From Phycisphaerales bacterium (lineage in GTDB: Bacteria > Planctomycetota > Phycisphaerae > UBA1845), in NCBI GenBank assembly GCA_020639115.1, contig JACKHG010000005.1, positions 114,071 through 178,070 on the forward strand: 64,000 bases of DNA, read 5' to 3'. Within the stretch, counting starts at the first letter, position 1; every line of letters starts with the position of its first letter. This document shows, one piece after another, positions 1 through 10,339 of this stretch. A program made the translations under genes and the position numbers. A model generated the notes under the pieces. The model made no database searches. It was not told the DNA's origin and saw only the letters and a list, made by a program, of their open reading frames with translations.

Positions 1-57
1 AGCGCCGGCGCCGCCGACCAGTCCCGCCACCAGCATGATGAGCATCGTCTTCGTCAT
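1..57 (-). CDS. partial CDS, N-terminus only (continues off left edge); hydrophobic start MTKTMLIMLVAGLVGGAGA
   Basis: ATG at 57 on the minus strand. Only 19 codons are visible, so the product is unknown. Confidence 0.25.
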   Translation of the reverse strand, partial: MTKTMLIMLVAGLVGGAGA

Positions 58-182
58 TATGATCAACCTCGCGTTCGAAGTTCAGTTGTACAGCCTTCAA
101 TGCAACAGCGTTGCATCGGTTTCGTCCCGCAGGGACGCCATGAATGCAGCCCGGCACTTCAGTGCTGGGTTTGTCCGCTCCC

Positions 183-2441
183 TCACGGTCGCGGCTCTGA
201 TTCGCGATACACCTTCACGTTGTCGAAGTACGTCTCCGGCCCGTCGCTCTTCGTCGTCGTGCCCACGCTGTACGCGTACAGCCCGGCGCTGCCCTCCCGG
301 TTCGGACACGGATCGAGCGTGTCGATCATCCAGTCCGCCGGCTCCGCGCCGTCACGCGGCCAGATCTTGCCCAAAAGCCGTGCCTGCTCCCCCTCGGGCT
401 GCACCGTGAACTTCATCGTGTACCACGTGTCCGGCTCGAACACGAACGGCACCTCCACCCGCAGCCGCGGGATCGCCGACCACGACTCCACCCGCAGCAC
501 CTTGCTCATCCCCACCGCCACGAGATCGTACCGCGCGTTCACCAGCCCCATGTCCGGCTTGATCCGCCCCTTCTTCGCTTGACTGAGCAGGTCGCATTGC
601 ACCGTGTACCCCGTCTCCAGCGGCATGGTCATGTACGTCTTCAGCCGCATGAACGGCGGCGACGGAAACTTCTTGTCCGCGATCTTGCGCAGCACCTTGC
701 TGCCGTCGTGCTCGTCGATCGTGACCTTCTTGCCGCACCCGATCCAGCCCGGTGGCACCGTGCCCGGCTTCATGTCCTCGAAATCGACGCTGATCGGCAG
801 CTTGGGAATCACCCGAACGCGTGCCTCGCCGCTGCAGTCCGGCGCCGCCACCTTGCCGCTCACCTTCCCCGCGCTGTAGGTCGCCGCGTCTGCGGCTGTG
901 AACGTCGTGCCGGACACCGAACCCGCTACGCCGCCCGCCGCCAGCTTGATCGCCCCCGCATCCGGCTGATCGCCAGAGCCTGCGGGCACCACGACGTCCG
1001 CGGTGTACTCCACGCTTTCGCCCGGGTGAACCGTGACTTCCGCCGGCCGGATGCGCAGCGTCGGCTCGAGGGCCGTCTGCGCGTCACCGTCGCCCGCCGC
1101 TGCGGCGTCGGCAACGGCTGCCGTCTTGCTGTCCCCGCTGCCCAGGCAGTACATCCCCGAGCGCACCTGGAAGTACACCCGCCCGTTCGCAATCGCCGGC
1201 GAGCCGTAGAACTCGTCCACGCCCTTCTCCGGCCGCATGGGGAATTCGTACGTGCTCAGCGACGTGCACTTGTCGCCCGCGTCCTTGAGGATATCGAAAA
1301 TCCCGGTCTGCTCGCCGACGTAGATCACGCCATCCGCGGTGATCACCGGCGACCCCTTGCCTACGCGGCCGAGGTCGTAGCTCCAGATCTTGCTGCCGTC
1401 CTTGCCGTCGAAGCAGATCAGCTCCGCATCGTTCGTCACCACGTACAGCCGGCCGTCGCGGATCGTCGGCGAACAGTAGCCCACCGTGTAGCCGTCGTTG
1501 CGCCACACCGTCCCCGACTCGGTGATGTCCCCCGTCTTCGAGCCGTCGATGCACAGCACCGAGCCCATCTTGCTGTTGCCGTAGTTCTCCTCGCTCTGCG
1601 TGACGTACACGTACTTGCCATCCACCACCGGCGAAGTGTTCAATCCGCGCTTGCTCAGCTTGTAGCCCCACACCTTTTCGCCGGTGTCCACCATCATCCC
1701 GTAGACCCAGCCGTCAGCGGCGGGCGCGATCATCATCCGCTTGCCGTCGATCACCGTCACCACCGGGCACGCGTACGTCGTGTCCAGCGGCGCTTCGCCC
1801 GGCGCGGCCCAGTAGATGACCTCGCCGGACTTCTTGTCCAGCGCCAGCCAGCGGTGCGTCGGCTTGGCCTGTGGGCCCCAGCTCGAATTGAGAAAACTGA
1901 TGATCACCTTGTCGCGATCGATGAACGGCGTGTGCAACCGGCCGCCGTACCCGCTGATCCGCCCGAACTCCTCGGTCAGCGAACGCGTCCACAGCCGCTT
2001 GCCGTCGCGGTTGTAACAGATGAACTCGCCGCCCGTCGCGTGCGTGTAGATGTTGCCCGTCTCCGGATCGGCCACCAGCGCGGTCCACCCCACGCGGTTT
2101 TCCACCATATCGGTGTGGAACACGTTGAAGCGGTCCTCCCAGATCGTCTTGCCCGTCTCGGCGTCGACGCACACCACCCGCTCCTGCAGGTTCAGCCCCG
2201 AACCCACCGGCGTGATCGTGTACACCCGGCCGTTCAGCACGATCGGCGTGGTCCGCCCGCCAATATCGTTTTTCCAAAGGAGGTTCTTGCCCTCCGGCGA
2301 CCATTCCATCACCGGCGCGTTCTCGCGGCTGAAGCCGTTCTGGTCCGGCCCGCGCCACGAAGGCCAGTCGCTGGCCAGCGCCGGCGCAGCCGCAACGCAC
2401 CCGAGAATCACCATCCATTGCCGCACGTTTCGCATCGTCAT
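183..2441 (-). CDS. secreted PQQ-like (BamB-type) beta-propeller protein with C-terminal DUF1080/LamG-like domain
   Basis: 752-aa ORF with signal peptide MTMRNVRQWMVILGCVAAAPALA. The 'DWPSWRGPDQNG' start and repeated blades are typical of this family, and the C-terminus ends ...YFDNVKVY. The antisense 851-aa ORF is R/P/A-rich and judged an artefact. Confidence 0.85.
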   Translation of the reverse strand: MTMRNVRQWMVILGCVAAAPALASDWPSWRGPDQNGFSRENAPVMEWSPEGKNLLWKNDIGGRTTPIVLNGRVYTITPVGSGLNLQERVVCVDAETGKTIWEDRFNVFHTDMVENRVGWTALVADPETGNIYTHATGGEFICYNRDGKRLWTRSLTEEFGRISGYGGRLHTPFIDRDKVIISFLNSSWGPQAKPTHRWLALDKKSGEVIYWAAPGEAPLDTTYACPVVTVIDGKRMMIAPAADGWVYGMMVDTGEKVWGYKLSKRGLNTSPVVDGKYVYVTQSEENYGNSKMGSVLCIDGSKTGDITESGTVWRNDGYTVGYCSPTIRDGRLYVVTNDAELICFDGKDGSKIWSYDLGRVGKGSPVITADGVIYVGEQTGIFDILKDAGDKCTSLSTYEFPMRPEKGVDEFYGSPAIANGRVYFQVRSGMYCLGSGDSKTAAVADAAAAGDGDAQTALEPTLRIRPAEVTVHPGESVEYTADVVVPAGSGDQPDAGAIKLAAGGVAGSVSGTTFTAADAATYSAGKVSGKVAAPDCSGEARVRVIPKLPISVDFEDMKPGTVPPGWIGCGKKVTIDEHDGSKVLRKIADKKFPSPPFMRLKTYMTMPLETGYTVQCDLLSQAKKGRIKPDMGLVNARYDLVAVGMSKVLRVESWSAIPRLRVEVPFVFEPDTWYTMKFTVQPEGEQARLLGKIWPRDGAEPADWMIDTLDPCPNREGSAGLYAYSVGTTTKSDGPETYFDNVKVYRESEPRP

Positions 2442-2453
2442 AGCGCTATCGCC

Positions 2454-3746
2454 TCACTCTTCCAACTCGCGTATCACCCGTTGAGCCTTCATCTCGAACC
2501 GCGCCAGCGTACCCGGCGCCACCGCGACCACCGGCGCGCTGAAGTGCAACAGATCGCGCACTGCCGCTGCCACGCGCCCGGTCAGCCCGTCACCGTCGGC
2601 GTCCGCTTCCGGCTCGATCTCGATCGCCAACTCGTCCATCGCGTCCCGCCGGCGCACCCGCAACCGGAACTCCGCCACCCCCGCGCACCCGCGAATGATC
2701 CCCTCCACCGCCGAGGGAAAAACGTTGTTGCCGCGAATGTACAGCATGTCGTCCACCCGGCCCGCGACGCCGCCCGCGATCCGCGCGAACGGCGTATCCC
2801 CGCCGTCCTCCGGAACCTCCAGGCGCACCCGGTCACCCGTGCGGTAGCGGATCAGCGGACTGCCCCACCGGCCCAGGTTGGTCAAAACCAATTCGCCCGC
2901 GCCGCCCTCCGCGACCGGCGCCCCGCTCGCCGGATCGATCACCTCGGCGATGAACTCGCTCTCCAGGATCCGGATGACGCCCGGCTCCGCCGTGGCCTCG
3001 AACCCCCACGCGCCGATTTCCGTCATGCCCACGTGGTCGTAGACCCGCGCCCCCCACGCCGACTCGATCAACCCGCGGATCGCCGGCACGCTCCCGCCCG
3101 GCTCACCCGCAACGATCAGCGCCCGCACGGCTGAGCCCGCCAGGTCGATGCCGTCCGCCCGCGCCCGCTCCGCCATCCGCAGCGCGTACGTCGGCGTGCA
3201 GCACACCACGCTCACCGCGTTGTCCAGGATGTAGCGCAACCGCGCCGCGGTGCTCATGCCGCCGGCGGGCAGGCACATGTTTCCCAACTCGGCTGCCGCC
3301 TCGAACGCCGCCCAGAATCCGATGAACGGACCGAACGAGAACGGAAACACGATCCGCTCGCCCACCGTCACGTCCGCGGCCCGGAAAATCTGCTGCCAGC
3401 AGCGCCGCCACCACGTCCAGCTCTCGCACGTGTCCAGCCAGCGCAGCGGCGTGCCGCTCGTGCCCGAAGTCTGGTGATAGCGCGCATAGCGCACCAGCGG
3501 ATAGGTGAGGTTGGTCCCGTACGGCGGATGCGCCGCCTGGTCGGCCTGCAGCTCCGCCCGCGTCGTCAGCGGCAGCACGCTCAGCGGATCACGCTGCGCG
3601 TCGAAGGCGATATCCCCCAGTCGCGCACGCTGGAACGGATTGCGCGCCCGAACCTCGTTCAGCATCGTGCCCAGCTTGTCCCGCTGCCGGCGCACAAGCT
3701 CGGCGCGCGACGTACAGCGCTCGGCGACGTAGGACGCAGGGGTCAT
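2454..3746 (-). CDS. phenylacetate-CoA ligase family adenylate-forming enzyme (CapK / F390-synthetase-like)
   Basis: AMP-binding motif 'TSGTSGTPLRW' and PaaK-like architecture. I place the start at MTPASYV (ATG at 3746) rather than at the ORF-track start 3833. Confidence 0.85.
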   Translation of the reverse strand: MTPASYVAERCTSRAELVRRQRDKLGTMLNEVRARNPFQRARLGDIAFDAQRDPLSVLPLTTRAELQADQAAHPPYGTNLTYPLVRYARYHQTSGTSGTPLRWLDTCESWTWWRRCWQQIFRAADVTVGERIVFPFSFGPFIGFWAAFEAAAELGNMCLPAGGMSTAARLRYILDNAVSVVCCTPTYALRMAERARADGIDLAGSAVRALIVAGEPGGSVPAIRGLIESAWGARVYDHVGMTEIGAWGFEATAEPGVIRILESEFIAEVIDPASGAPVAEGGAGELVLTNLGRWGSPLIRYRTGDRVRLEVPEDGGDTPFARIAGGVAGRVDDMLYIRGNNVFPSAVEGIIRGCAGVAEFRLRVRRRDAMDELAIEIEPEADADGDGLTGRVAAAVRDLLHFSAPVVAVAPGTLARFEMKAQRVIRELEE

Positions 3747-4003
3747 GCGCGCGGTGCAACCTCGCTGATATGGTTCGTGTCGATCGGGACCGGCGAATCC
3801 GATTCCGGTCCCGGCTGTGCCCGGAACGCCCACTTTAGCACGTCATGCCGCACCGTGCGCAGCCCCCCGCGTAAATAATTGTCGCAGCCGCCTCCGCCCC
3901 GTTGGCCCAGCCGTGACGTTGTCGTTACGATCCCCCACGCGGCGGGCCATACCATCCCCCGCACGTGGCCGATCTCCCTCGAGCGAACGACAACGGATTC
4001 ATC

Positions 4004-5287
4004 ATGCGCGTCGCGTACTTGGCAGCCGGTGCAGGAGGCATGTACTGCGGAAGCTGTCTGCGCGACAACCGCCTCGCCTCCGTGCTCATCGCCCAGGGAC
4101 GCGACGTCCACCTCTGGCCCATGTACACGCCGCTCAAGGTCGATGAACCCCGCGTCGGCGAACGCCGCGTCCGCTACGGCGGCATCAACGTCTTTCTCCA
4201 GCAGGCGTCCAGCCTGTTTACCCTTATGCCCGCCGTCATGGCGCGCATGCTCGACGCCGAAGTGCTGCTCCGCGCCGCCGGCCGCGCCGCCGGCAGCACC
4301 CGCGCCGAAAAACTCGGCCCCATGACCGTCTCCGTCCTCGCCGGCGAGGAGGGCCGCCAGAAGCGGGAACTCGACAAGCTCCTCGCGGACCTCCGCACGC
4401 TTAAGCCCGACGTCGTCAACCTGCCCAACCTCATGTTCCTCGGCCAGGCGCGACGCATCCGGCGCGAATTGAATATTCCCATCGTGTGCACGCTGAGCGG
4501 CGAGGACCTCTTCCTCGACGCCCTCCCCGAGCCCCACCGCACGCAAGCGTTCGAACTGATCGCCGAACGCAGCGCCGACGTCGACGCGTTCATCGCGGTC
4601 ACCGCGTACTTCGCCAAGCGCAGCGTCACGCACTTCGCCCTGCCCGCCGAGCGCATGCACGTCGTGCCCATGGGCATCCACGCGCACGAGTTCGCCCCCT
4701 CGGCCACGCCGCCGGCTGAGCCCTTCACCATCGGCTACTTCGCGCGAATCTGCCCGGAAAAAGGCCTCGATCGGCTCGCCCGGGCGTTCGTCGCCCTCCG
4801 CCGCGCCGGCTGCGACTGCCGCCTGAAAATCGGCGGCTACCTCGCCCGCGCCGACCGCGACTACCTCGCCCACGTGCTCCGCGAGATCCATGCAGCCGGC
4901 TTCGGCCACGACGTCGCCCACGTCGGCGAAACCGACCGCGCGGGCAAGATCGCGTTTCTTCAATCGCTCCACGTGCTCAGCGTCCCCACCGTCTATCCCG
5001 AGGCCAAGGGGTTCTACATCCTCGAAGCGCTCGCCGCCGGAACACCGGTCGTCCAGCCGCGCCACGGCTCGTTCCCCGAACTCCTCGAGGCCACCGGCGG
5101 CGGCCTGCTCTACGACCACGCGGACGAGTCCGCCCTCACCCGCGCGCTCGCGCAACTCGCCGACGACCGCGACCTGCACGCGCACCACGCGCGCACCGGA
5201 CGCGAAAACGTGGCCCGCGACTTCACCGCGGAAATCATGGCCGAACAAACCTGGACCCTGTATTCTCAACTGACCGGACGCACCTGA
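4004..5287 (+). CDS. GT4 (group 1) glycosyltransferase
   Basis: N-terminus MRVAYLAAGAGGMYCGSCLRDN and C-terminal 'E..KGFYILEALAAGTPVV' EX7E-type motif. ATG at 4004. Confidence 0.85.
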   Translation: MRVAYLAAGAGGMYCGSCLRDNRLASVLIAQGRDVHLWPMYTPLKVDEPRVGERRVRYGGINVFLQQASSLFTLMPAVMARMLDAEVLLRAAGRAAGSTRAEKLGPMTVSVLAGEEGRQKRELDKLLADLRTLKPDVVNLPNLMFLGQARRIRRELNIPIVCTLSGEDLFLDALPEPHRTQAFELIAERSADVDAFIAVTAYFAKRSVTHFALPAERMHVVPMGIHAHEFAPSATPPAEPFTIGYFARICPEKGLDRLARAFVALRRAGCDCRLKIGGYLARADRDYLAHVLREIHAAGFGHDVAHVGETDRAGKIAFLQSLHVLSVPTVYPEAKGFYILEALAAGTPVVQPRHGSFPELLEATGGGLLYDHADESALTRALAQLADDRDLHAHHARTGRENVARDFTAEIMAEQTWTLYSQLTGRT

Positions 5288-5310
5288 CGCAGCCACCAAG
5301 GAGCCGCGCC

Positions 5311-5976
5311 ATGCTCGACGCACGCGCCATCGAAAAATCTTTCGCCACCCGCAGCGGCACGCTTACCGTGCTCGCCGGCGTCACGCTCCAGCTCGAAAAC
5401 GGCGCGTCCGCCGCGATCATGGGGCCCTCCGGCTCCGGCAAGAGCACCCTGCTCAATATCCTCGGCACGCTCGAGCCGCCCACCTCCGGCGCGCTCCAGA
5501 TCGACGGCCGCGACCCGTTCACCCTCGACAACCGGGAACTTGGCGTTTTCCGCAACCGCACCGTTGGCCTGGTTTTCCAGGATCACCACCTGCTGCCCCA
5601 GTGCTCCGCGCTCGAAAACGTCCTGCTCCCCACGCTCGCCGGCGAAGCCGACCCCGCCGCCCCCCGCCGCGGCCGCGAACTGCTCGAACGCGTCGGACTC
5701 GCCGACCGCAGCGACCACCGCCCCGCGGAACTCTCCGGCGGCGAACGCCAGCGCGTCGCCATCGCCCGCGCCCTCGTCAACCGCCCGCGACTCCTCCTCG
5801 CCGACGAACCCACCGGCAACCTCGACCGCCGCACGGCTGACCGCGTCGCCGACCTGCTCGTCGAGCTCCACGCTGGCTCCGATCTCATCCTCATCGTCGT
5901 CACCCACAGCGAAACGCTCGCCGCACGCTTCGCCCAGCGCTGGGAACTCGCGGACGGCCGCCTGGAGCGCCAGTAA
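5311..5976 (+). CDS. ABC transporter ATP-binding protein (LolD/MacB-type)
   Basis: Walker A GPSGSGKST, signature LSGGERQRVAIARAL and Walker B LLLADEPTGNLD. AAGGAG RBS upstream. Confidence 0.92.
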   Translation: MLDARAIEKSFATRSGTLTVLAGVTLQLENGASAAIMGPSGSGKSTLLNILGTLEPPTSGALQIDGRDPFTLDNRELGVFRNRTVGLVFQDHHLLPQCSALENVLLPTLAGEADPAAPRRGRELLERVGLADRSDHRPAELSGGERQRVAIARALVNRPRLLLADEPTGNLDRRTADRVADLLVELHAGSDLILIVVTHSETLAARFAQRWELADGRLERQ

Positions 5977-5979
5977 CCC

Positions 5980-8900
5980 ATGAACCGCAGCCTGCTCCTG
6001 CGCCGCAGCCTCGTGTACCACTGGCGGGCCCACCTCGCCGTGACCCTCGGCGTCATCGCGGCTGGGGCCGCCCTCACCGGCGCCCTGCTCGTCGGCGACT
6101 CCATGCGCGCCAGCCTCCAGGCCAACGCCCTCGGACGCCTCGGACGCGTCGACCAGGTCGTCACCGGCCCCCGCTTCTTCCGCGAAGCCCTCGCCGACGA
6201 GCTGAACCCCTCCGTCCAGGCGCTCGCACCGATCATCATGCTCCGCGGCGGCGTCAGCCACGCCACCTCGCACGCCCGCGCCAACCAGGTCGGCATCCTC
6301 GGCGTCGACGATCGCTTCTGGGCCCTGCACGCGACCGGCCCGACCGCCGGCGAAATGCCGCGGGGCAGTAAGGCTATTCTCAACCGCGCCCTCGCCGACG
6401 AAATCGGCACCCAACTCGGCGACGCCGTCATCCTCCGCCTCGGCAAACCGCAGGACGTCTCCGTCGACACCCTGCTCGGCCGCCGCGACCAGATGACCAC
6501 CTCCGCGCGCCTCACCGTGGTCGGCATCGTTCCCGCCGAAGACCTCGGCGCGTTCGAACTCAACGTGCAGCAGCAGACCCCGCTGAACCTCTACGTGCCG
6601 CTCGAAGCGCTGCAGCGGATCCTCGATCAGCCCGGCAAGGCCAACGCCCTGCTCGTCGAGAACAAGCCTGCCGCTGGCCCGCTCGCCGACGCGCTCGCCG
6701 CCCATGTGAGCCTCGCCGACTACGGCCTCACCCTCCGCACCGACGCCCCGCAGGGCTACGCCGCGCTCGAAAGCGACGCGTTCCTCATCGCCCCCGCGTT
6801 CGAACAGGCCGCCCGGCAAGCGGCTGACGCGTGCGGCGCGAAGGCGGAATCGATCCTCGCCTACCTCGCCAACCGCATCACCGCCGGTGGGCGCTCGATC
6901 CCCTACTCCACCGTCGCCGCCATCCCGGCGGACGGCGAAACCATCACACGCCTGCGCACCCCCGACGGCGCCGCGGTCCATCTGCAACCCGGCGAAATCC
7001 TTCTCAACGCGTGGGCCGCCAGCGACCTCGCCGTCAACGCCGCCGCCCGCGTCGAACTCGCCTACTACCTCAGCGGCGCCTTCGGCCGGCTCGACGTCTC
7101 CACCAGCGCATTCACCCTCGCCGGCACCGTCGCACTCACCGGAGCAGCCGCCGACCCCGGCTTCACCCCGCCCTACCCCGGCGTCACCGACGTCCGCCAC
7201 CTCGCCGATTGGGATCCCCCCTTCCCCGTCGACCTCAAGCGCCTCCGCGACCGCGACGAACACTACTGGGACGAGTACCGCACCACCCCCAAGGCCTTCA
7301 TCACGCTCGCCGATGGCGAGAAACTCTGGGCCGCGGAGCACGAACAGCACGGCCGCACCACCAGCCTGCGCCTCTGGCCGCAGGGCGCGACCGACCTCGC
7401 CACCCTGTCAGCCGCGTTCCGCAAGGAGCTCATGAGCCGCATCACCCCGGCGGCGGCTGGCCTCGCCGTCGTCGACGTCCGCGCCGTCGCCAAGGAGGCC
7501 GGCCGCGGCTCCACCGACTTCAGCGGCCTCTTCATCGGCTTCAGCTTCTTCCTCATCATCGCCGCGATCCTCCTCGTCGCCCTGCTCTTCCGCCTGGGCG
7601 CAGAGCGCCGCGCCCACGAGATCGGCCTGCTCCTCGCCCTGGGATTTTCTCCACGCCGCGTGAGCCGCATGCTCGTCGCCGAGGGCGCGGTCAGCGCGGG
7701 AATCGGCGCCGCGCTCGGCCTGCTCGCCGGCGTCGGCTACGCGAAGTTGATGATCCTCGGACTGCGCACGTCGTGGTCCGACGCCGTCCACGCCCCATTC
7801 CTGCACTTCGCGGGCACCGCCCAGAGCTACGTGCTCGGCGCCGCAATCACCTTCTGCGTCGCGCTGCCCGCGCTGCTGTGGGGAATCCGCAACGTCCGCC
7901 GCCAGCCCGCGAGCCGCCTGCTCGCCGGCGCCGTCGAGGCCGCGACCACCCGCACCCGCCGACCCGCCCGCGGCGCCGCCCTCACCGCCTGGCTCGCCTT
8001 CGCCGCCGGACTCGCCCTCATCGCCGCAACCTTCTTCACCACCGCCGTCTCCGCCCCCCTCGCGTTCTTCGGCGGCGGGTCCGCACTGCTCGTCGCCGGC
8101 ATCGCAGCCGCCGCCACCCTGCTCGGCGCCGAAATCTGTGGGACCGGTTTTCAAACCGGTCTGCCCACCACGCACCACACCCGCGCCCTGCTCCGCCTCG
8201 GACTGCGCTCCGCCCCGCGCCACCCCGGCCGCAGCCTGCTCATCATCGCCCTGATCGCCTCCGCGACCTTCGTCACCACCGCGATCCAGGCGTTCCGCAT
8301 GGCCCCGGCTGACGACCTCACCGCCGAGCACGGCGGCACCGGCGGCTTCACCCTCATCGCCGAAGCCGCCACCCCGCTGCCCTACGACCTCAACACCCCG
8401 GCTGGCCGCGAAGACCTCAACCTCGCGCCCGAGACCCGCGACCTGCTGCAGCGCTCCACCTGCATGCCCTTCCGCCTGCGCGGCGGCGACGCCGCCAGTT
8501 GCCTCAACCTCTACAAACCGACCGAGCCGCGCATCCTCGGCGTGCCCTGCGCCATGACCCACCGCGGCGGCTTCACCTTCGCCGCCACCGAGGCCGCAAC
8601 CGCCGCGGAACGCGACAACCCCTGGACGCTGCTCGACCGCGACCTGCCCGACGGCGTCATCCCCGCGATCGGCGACGAGGCCTCCGTGATGTGGCAGCTC
8701 CACTCCGGTCTTGGCAAAACCTATACGGTCACCGACCAGTCCGGCCAGCCGCGCCGCCTCCGCTTCGTCGCCCTGCTCTCCGGCAGCATCCTCCAGGGCG
8801 AACTGCTCATCGCCGAGGACCGCTTTCGGACGCTCTTCCCCGCCGTCGCCGGACACGCGTACTTCCTCATCGAGACCCCGCCGGCGGACGCCGACCGCCT

Positions 8901-9372
8901 CAGCCACCTTCTCGAGACCGACCTGGAGCCGTACGCTTTCGACGTCACCAGCGCCCGCGAGCGTCTCGCCGACCTCTACGCCGTACAGAACACCTACCTC
9001 TCGACCTTCCAGCTCCTCGGCGGGCTCGGCGCCCTGCTCGGCTCCTTCGGCCTCATCGCGGTGATGCTCCGCAACGTCTGGGAGCGCCGCCGCGAGTACG
9101 CGCTGATGCAGGCCGTAGGCTTTTCCCAGCGGGCCCTCGTCACCGTCGTCCTCGCCGAGAACGCCGCGCTCATCCTCGGTGGACTCGCCATCGGTGTGGC
9201 CGCCGCCCTCATCGCCATCGCCCCGCGCATCGTCGCCGACGCCGCCCACGTCGCCTGGGGCCCCATGCTCCTGCTCCTCGCCGGCATGCCCCTCTTCGGC
9301 ATCTGCGCAGCCGCAGCCGTCCTCACCGCCGCCCTCCGCGCCCCCCTTCTTCCCGCCCTCCGCCGCGAGTAG
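5980..9372 (+). CDS. large FtsX-family ABC permease (two FtsX modules)
   Basis: 1130-aa ORF starting 3 nt after the ATPase stop. TM clusters are separated by large extracytoplasmic domains, as in MacB/FtsX-like permeases. Confidence 0.85.
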   Translation: MNRSLLLRRSLVYHWRAHLAVTLGVIAAGAALTGALLVGDSMRASLQANALGRLGRVDQVVTGPRFFREALADELNPSVQALAPIIMLRGGVSHATSHARANQVGILGVDDRFWALHATGPTAGEMPRGSKAILNRALADEIGTQLGDAVILRLGKPQDVSVDTLLGRRDQMTTSARLTVVGIVPAEDLGAFELNVQQQTPLNLYVPLEALQRILDQPGKANALLVENKPAAGPLADALAAHVSLADYGLTLRTDAPQGYAALESDAFLIAPAFEQAARQAADACGAKAESILAYLANRITAGGRSIPYSTVAAIPADGETITRLRTPDGAAVHLQPGEILLNAWAASDLAVNAAARVELAYYLSGAFGRLDVSTSAFTLAGTVALTGAAADPGFTPPYPGVTDVRHLADWDPPFPVDLKRLRDRDEHYWDEYRTTPKAFITLADGEKLWAAEHEQHGRTTSLRLWPQGATDLATLSAAFRKELMSRITPAAAGLAVVDVRAVAKEAGRGSTDFSGLFIGFSFFLIIAAILLVALLFRLGAERRAHEIGLLLALGFSPRRVSRMLVAEGAVSAGIGAALGLLAGVGYAKLMILGLRTSWSDAVHAPFLHFAGTAQSYVLGAAITFCVALPALLWGIRNVRRQPASRLLAGAVEAATTRTRRPARGAALTAWLAFAAGLALIAATFFTTAVSAPLAFFGGGSALLVAGIAAAATLLGAEICGTGFQTGLPTTHHTRALLRLGLRSAPRHPGRSLLIIALIASATFVTTAIQAFRMAPADDLTAEHGGTGGFTLIAEAATPLPYDLNTPAGREDLNLAPETRDLLQRSTCMPFRLRGGDAASCLNLYKPTEPRILGVPCAMTHRGGFTFAATEAATAAERDNPWTLLDRDLPDGVIPAIGDEASVMWQLHSGLGKTYTVTDQSGQPRRLRFVALLSGSILQGELLIAEDRFRTLFPAVAGHAYFLIETPPADADRLSHLLETDLEPYAFDVTSARERLADLYAVQNTYLSTFQLLGGLGALLGSFGLIAVMLRNVWERRREYALMQAVGFSQRALVTVVLAENAALILGGLAIGVAAALIAIAPRIVADAAHVAWGPMLLLLAGMPLFGICAAAAVLTAALRAPLLPALRRE

Positions 9373-9464
9373 GCCCGCCGCCGCACGTCAATGTCGTCCG
9401 CTTATCATGCGCATTTCGCCAAGCACCGCTTGCAGCCCGGAGCCGCCGCGCGGTAATCTTTCCG

Positions 9465-9662
9465 ATGATGCCGAAACCACGCGAGCCAGCGAAGTGGAAG
9501 CTCATCACCGAATACACGGTGACGCAGTACCGTTGCGGCTTGCGCGCTGGCGATCACCTCCGCATGGTTCGCGATCTGCCCATCACGAGAATTGCAACGG
9601 GGTTGGACATGTTCCCGATGGACAGAATATGGAGAGTCCGCTTCACCAGCACACAACCGTAG
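9465..9662 (+). CDS. small hypothetical protein (65 aa)
   Basis: ATG at 9465. The composition is balanced and non-low-complexity (MMPKPREPAKWKLITEYTVTQYRCGL...) and local GC is lower. No clear RBS. Confidence 0.35.
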   Translation: MMPKPREPAKWKLITEYTVTQYRCGLRAGDHLRMVRDLPITRIATGLDMFPMDRIWRVRFTSTQP

Positions 9663-9669
9663 GCTAATC

Positions 9670-10047
9670 ATGCTTCGAGTATCGTTCTACCTGGCGCTTT
9701 CGCTGTCGGCTATCATGCTCCTGAGTTGCCAAGTGAAGGACACGGCCCTTCACACACACTCCTCTGAGGTCGTGACGCAAGGGCCCACTGCTCCAGATAA
9801 TGGAGCAGATCCGTCAGCTTCTTGTGCTGGCCTGAATATGGACCACGCCATAGATATTGCGAAGGCGTACCTGGAAAAGAACAGAAACGCGGACCTGCGA
9901 GACCCTTCAACATACGAGACGGACGCGATGTGTCACGAAGGACAATGGCTCGTGACGATTTATGGGCTACCGGCACGTCCTGGTGGCCACGTACTCGTCA
10001 TCGTAGGTGTGTCCGGAGAAGTGTTGGGCATCGACGAGGGCCGGTGA
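9670..10047 (+). CDS. hypothetical lipoprotein with PepSY-like C-terminal half
   Basis: MLRVSFYLALSLSAIMLLSC lipobox. The end ...GGHVLVIVGVSGEVLGIDEGR is PepSY-like. Lies in a lower-GC islet. Confidence 0.55.
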   Translation: MLRVSFYLALSLSAIMLLSCQVKDTALHTHSSEVVTQGPTAPDNGADPSASCAGLNMDHAIDIAKAYLEKNRNADLRDPSTYETDAMCHEGQWLVTIYGLPARPGGHVLVIVGVSGEVLGIDEGR

Positions 10048-10106
10048 ATGACGGTACGTCTGGGAGCCCAACCGCAACGTCCACTCGCGGATAGAGCAGA
10101 CGTCCA

Positions 10107-10177
10107 GAGTCGTTCTGTGACTTCAAGTGGGTTGCGCGGAGGAGGCGCAAGGAAGCGCAACACGGTGAGAGCGATTC
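10107..10177. repeat. ~70-nt structured repeat, copy A (GAGTCGTT..GACTTCAA..CGGAGG..GCAAC..CGATTC)
   Basis: Shares its ends and core with copies B and C. Outer stem GAGUCG/CGAUUC and inner stem GUUGCGC (10131-37) / GCGCAAC (10155-61). Confidence 0.6.
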
Positions 10178-10223
10178 CTGACCCTTGTGATCTTCGCATT
10201 GTCCAGGCGGTCGAAGGGGTCGG

Positions 10224-10293
10224 GAGTCGTTTGTTGACTTCAATCCGTTGCCCGGAGGCGACACGAGGATGTGCAACGCCGCGAGAGCGACTC
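10224..10293. repeat. ~70-nt structured repeat, copy B
   Basis: Outer stem GAGUCG (10224-29) / CGACUC (10288-93) and inner stem GUUGC (10247-51) / GCAAC (10273-77). Conserved GACTTCAA and CCGGAGGCG. Confidence 0.6.
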
Positions 10294-10339
10294 GCGTCAC
10301 CCTTGATTGCCTCGCTGAGGAGCGGTTCGTTTGGTCACG

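Noticed and set aside
579-3134. An 851-aa plus-strand ORF and many other very long ORFs opposite real genes (for example 5266-7350, 7408-9249, 14766-15923, 16332-17654, 17901-19490, 33151-34908, 34916-36292, 44619-46106, 49014-50336, 50372-51982, 52357-54354, 54113-55996).
   Set aside because: Their translations are R/P/A/G/H-rich low complexity with no motifs, and each mirrors a strongly motif-supported gene on the other strand. Long stop-free antisense frames are expected at about 70% GC.
10119-10128. The GACTTCAA motif in the 70-nt repeats looked like a UCA anticodon loop, raising the possibility of tRNA-Sec since selA and selB are in the window.
   Set aside because: The flanking bases do not form an anticodon stem. 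There is no T-arm (GTTCGAATC-type), no D-arm and no 8/9-bp acceptor stem, and the element is present in three diverged copies.
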